From: Gemmatimonadota bacterium
Lineage (GTDB): Bacteria > Gemmatimonadota > Gemmatimonadetes > Gemmatimonadales > GWC2-71-9
DNA length: 64,000 nucleotides
Assembly (NCBI GenBank): GCA_003169895.1
Contig: PNAE01000006.1
Coordinates: 103,294 to 167,293, forward strand
Direction: 5' to 3'
Positions within the stretch are counted from its first letter, which is position 1. Each line of letters begins with the position of its first letter. The notes beneath the pieces were generated by a model. That model ran no database searches and was not told the origin of the DNA. It saw only the letters and a program-made list of their open reading frames with translations. This document shows positions 60,872 to 64,000 of this stretch, one piece after another. The position numbers and the translations under genes were made by a program.

Positions 60872-61501
60872 GTGAGCGAACTCGAAATGCCCATGGCCCT
60901 GGGACATGGAGCGGCGCTGGAGGAATCGCCGTTCGGCATCGAGTCCAAGAAGCTGGTGATGTGGCTGTTCATCGTTGCCGATGCGGCCACCTTCGGCGCG
61001 CTCCTGTTCTGTTACGGGTACCTGCGGGTCGCGAGCGCGAACTGGGTTAAGCCATTCGCCTTTTTCCCGACCATCCTCAACGGCGTGATCATGACCGCGG
61101 TTCTGCTGACCAGCAGCCTCACCATGCTGATGGCCGTCGGGACTGCGCAGTCCGGGCGGCGGGCGGCGAGCGTCCGGTGGCTTGGCGCAACCGCGCTGCT
61201 CGGAATCGTGTTCGCGTCGCTCCACCTGCGAGAATGGTTCAGCCTGATTGCCGAAGGGTGGAGCCCCTCGACCAACCCAATGGGCGGATCCGTCCTCTTC
61301 GGCGGGACTTTCTTCGGCATCACCGGCCTCCACCTGCTGCACGTCATTTGCGGGGTGGTCGCCATTGCGGTCATCGCCATTGGGTTCAGGCGCGGTCGCC
61401 TGGACGCCCGGCACGTGGAGATCACGGGACTCTACTGGCACTTCGTCGATCTGGTGTGGATGTTCGTATTCCCCCTCGTGTACCTGATGAATGTTCGCTG
61501 A
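60872..61501 (+). CDS. coxC: Heme-copper oxidase subunit III (second paralog)
   Basis: KLVMWLFIVADAATF, LLTSSLTM, ITGLHLLHV and GLYWHFVDLVW motifs. Confidence 0.9.
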   Translation: MSELEMPMALGHGAALEESPFGIESKKLVMWLFIVADAATFGALLFCYGYLRVASANWVKPFAFFPTILNGVIMTAVLLTSSLTMLMAVGTAQSGRRAASVRWLGATALLGIVFASLHLREWFSLIAEGWSPSTNPMGGSVLFGGTFFGITGLHLLHVICGVVAIAVIAIGFRRGRLDARHVEITGLYWHFVDLVWMFVFPLVYLMNVR

Positions 61502-61526
61502 GGCTCTCGCGGTGAAAGGCTCGCAC

Positions 61527-61832
61527 ATGGCTACGATGGAATCGACACCCGGCCCCCGAACGAAGGTGTACGTCGCGGTATGGATCAGTCTGCTTCTCAT
61601 CGTGGCCGCGGAGGTGGCGTTGACGTACGCCCGACTTCCGGCGGGGACTCTGCTGGCGGCGTTGCTCGTCCTGGCGATTCTGGAAGCGGCACTGGGCCTG
61701 ATGTATTTCATGCACCTCAAGTACGAGCGGCGGATTTTGTTCTGGGCCCTGATACCGGCACTGATTTTCGTGTTTTTCTTGATGAACCATTTCTGGTCGG
61801 ACGCGCTGCGTCTCCATTCCATGCATCCATGA
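61527..61832 (+). CDS. Heme-copper oxidase subunit IV (CtaF/CoxD-like)
   Basis: Three TM helices; YFMHLKYE motif. Confidence 0.88.
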   Translation: MATMESTPGPRTKVYVAVWISLLLIVAAEVALTYARLPAGTLLAALLVLAILEAALGLMYFMHLKYERRILFWALIPALIFVFFLMNHFWSDALRLHSMHP

Positions 61833-61889
61833 CCGATCCCGATTGTGGCGCTAACCGGGCGGCGCGACCGTCATTGGGAGTGAGATAAC

Positions 61890-62027
61890 GTGCCGATGCC
61901 GATGGGACTCCCCTCCGTGCACGCCATGCTGCCGGCCATGGTGGTCATGGTGATACCGGCGTTTCTCGTCTGCGCCGGGATTGCGGTGATGGCGTACCGA
62001 AGGCGCGACACGTCCTCGGAGGAGTGA
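61890..62027 (+). CDS. Small single-TM protein (45 aa), probable oxidase-operon accessory
   Basis: GGAG 9 nt before GTG; MPMPMGLPSVHAMLPAMVVMVIPAFLVCAGIAVMAYRRRDTSSEE (hydrophobic helix then YRRR). Not in the ORF track. Confidence 0.55.
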   Translation: MPMPMGLPSVHAMLPAMVVMVIPAFLVCAGIAVMAYRRRDTSSEE

Positions 62028-62156
62028 AGCCGGTTCAACGTGGCGTGAAGTGTCGCGCCCTACTTCCACGCCCTCGATTGGATTTCCTATCACGTAAAGC
62101 ACCGTTTTCGCTTGCCAATGGCACCTGTTCACGCGACCATTAGGTGTCCTCACCCT

Positions 62157-62665
<509 letters not shown>

Positions 62666-62667
<2 letters not shown>

Positions 62668-64000
62668 AACGCTTCGGCGGCACGACCGCGCGGCCGAAGC
62701 CCATGGCGATCCACTCCACCTCCACACCGTAACTGCCCGGCGTGACGGCGACACCTTCCGCGCGCCGCAGCGAAAGCTGCAGGCGCTCCAGCCGGTCGAG
62801 CCGCGGGTGGTCAGCGCTTCCGCCGCGACCGGCCGCGGGTCCCACCCCGTAGTTCCACTCACCGGGGAACCCCTCCGGGAGCAGCACGCCGCGCGCCGAA
62901 GTGAAGGCCGAGAGCGGCAGCGACGGCTCGCTCCAAGCGCTGTCCACGAGGACCGCCGCGCTCCAGCTCGTGCCATCGTCCTCCATCAGCGTGACGTGCA
63001 GGATCTGGTGAGGTCCGAGGCCGCGAAGGCGTACGTGCAATGCATCCGCGCCACCAATCGTCTCCTTCCGGTCCCTGATCCGGTCCATGATCACCAGCGA
63101 TGCCGTGTAGTCGGCCGGTCCCGTGCCGCTTGGGTTCACGGGCAGCTCGAAGTGGAAGACCGGCTGGCCCGTGACCCCGGAGAAGGCCACGCGAAAGAGC
63201 CCGCGGCGCCCCGCGTCGCCGATGCGGCTGAAGGCCAGGCGCGCGGCGTCCGCGCCGGGGGTGAACAGCCGCAGCGGCGTCTGCGAGCCGACCACATTCA
63301 GCGCCCAGGACGCGCGGCCGTAATAGTCCCAGTCCCATGGCTTCCGGTGCAGGCCGCCGGGAAACGTGGTCGCCGAGTCCCCGCGGAAGAGCGTGATCAC
63401 GAACTCGTTCGGCCCCTCCTGCAGCGCGGCCGCCGGAACGACGGCGGCATACTCGTAACCGCCGGCGGATCGCATCGCGAAGCCGCGGTAGAAGCCTCCG
63501 GCCGTCGGCCGGATAAAGAGCGTGGCTGAGTCGGGCGGCGTTGGTTCGACCACGCGGGCCCGCAGTTCGGCGCCCTGCCCCGCGAGGTATTCGGGTGCGG
63601 CCAGCGACTGGACCGACGGCGGCAAGGAATCGAGTGGAGGCGCGTGATATTCCGCGAAGCCTAAAGCGCCCAGGTGTGCCGGCAGTGTGGCAACGTCCAC
63701 GGGCCCGGCGGCGCTCAGAACGTAGACACCGGGCGTGACGGTGAAACGGCCGGCGGTTGCCCGCTCGTTCCGCGGGTTGCCCGCCGCTATCGGTTGCGCG
63801 GTGAAAGAGGGGCCGAGGTCCGGCAGAGCGATTGTCATGGGCCAGGCACGGCTGATCGCGCGCGTCACGATCTTGTCGCGGCTGGGCGGCTCGAAGGGGT
63901 CGCGGACGGGCACGGCGTCGGGGTAGACCTCGAGGCGCCAAACACCCGGGCGCACCTTGTCCAGGAAGTAGATCCCCTGCCCTTCGTACGTCACCGTGGG
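62666..64000 (-). CDS. C-terminal part of a large secreted glycoside-hydrolase-like protein (5' end outside the window)
   Basis: YEGQGIYFLDKVRPGVWRLEVYPDAV...DPF pattern and CBM-like C-terminus; co-oriented with GH97-malQ-MFS. Confidence 0.6.

Overview
GC-rich bacterial chromosome segment, most likely Gemmatimonadota (inferred from gene content: GWxTD-type protein, homodimeric GlyRS, extended ribosomal proteins, variant EF-Tu switch I). 1-31 kb is mostly housekeeping and cell-envelope genes: amidase, anmK/murQ, ggt, ABC transporter, ccdA/fur, priA, HDAC, glyQS, a minor-pilin cluster, purA, a degenerate pilT, trpS and suhB. 30.7-47.5 kb is the str-S10-spc ribosomal cluster, which lacks rpsN and is not followed by the alpha operon. 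47.7-64 kb is an alpha-glucan utilisation cluster that appears split by a ~9 kb insert. The insert carries the most striking system in the window: a Cyc2-like cytochrome-porin, a diheme cytochrome c, a type-1-copper-motif protein and an aa3-type heme-copper oxidase (coxB-A-C1-C2-D). This order matches the Acidithiobacillus rus iron-oxidation operon, and the oxidase appears to lack the K-channel lysine. An IS110 remnant ends the insert. Other signals: a duplicated amidase 3' end bracketing a serine hydrolase, heptamer-arm repeats that supply stop codons, REP-like palindromes, a long structured rpsG-fusA spacer and several leaderless-type promoters. All calls are by eye from motifs; no database searches were run.
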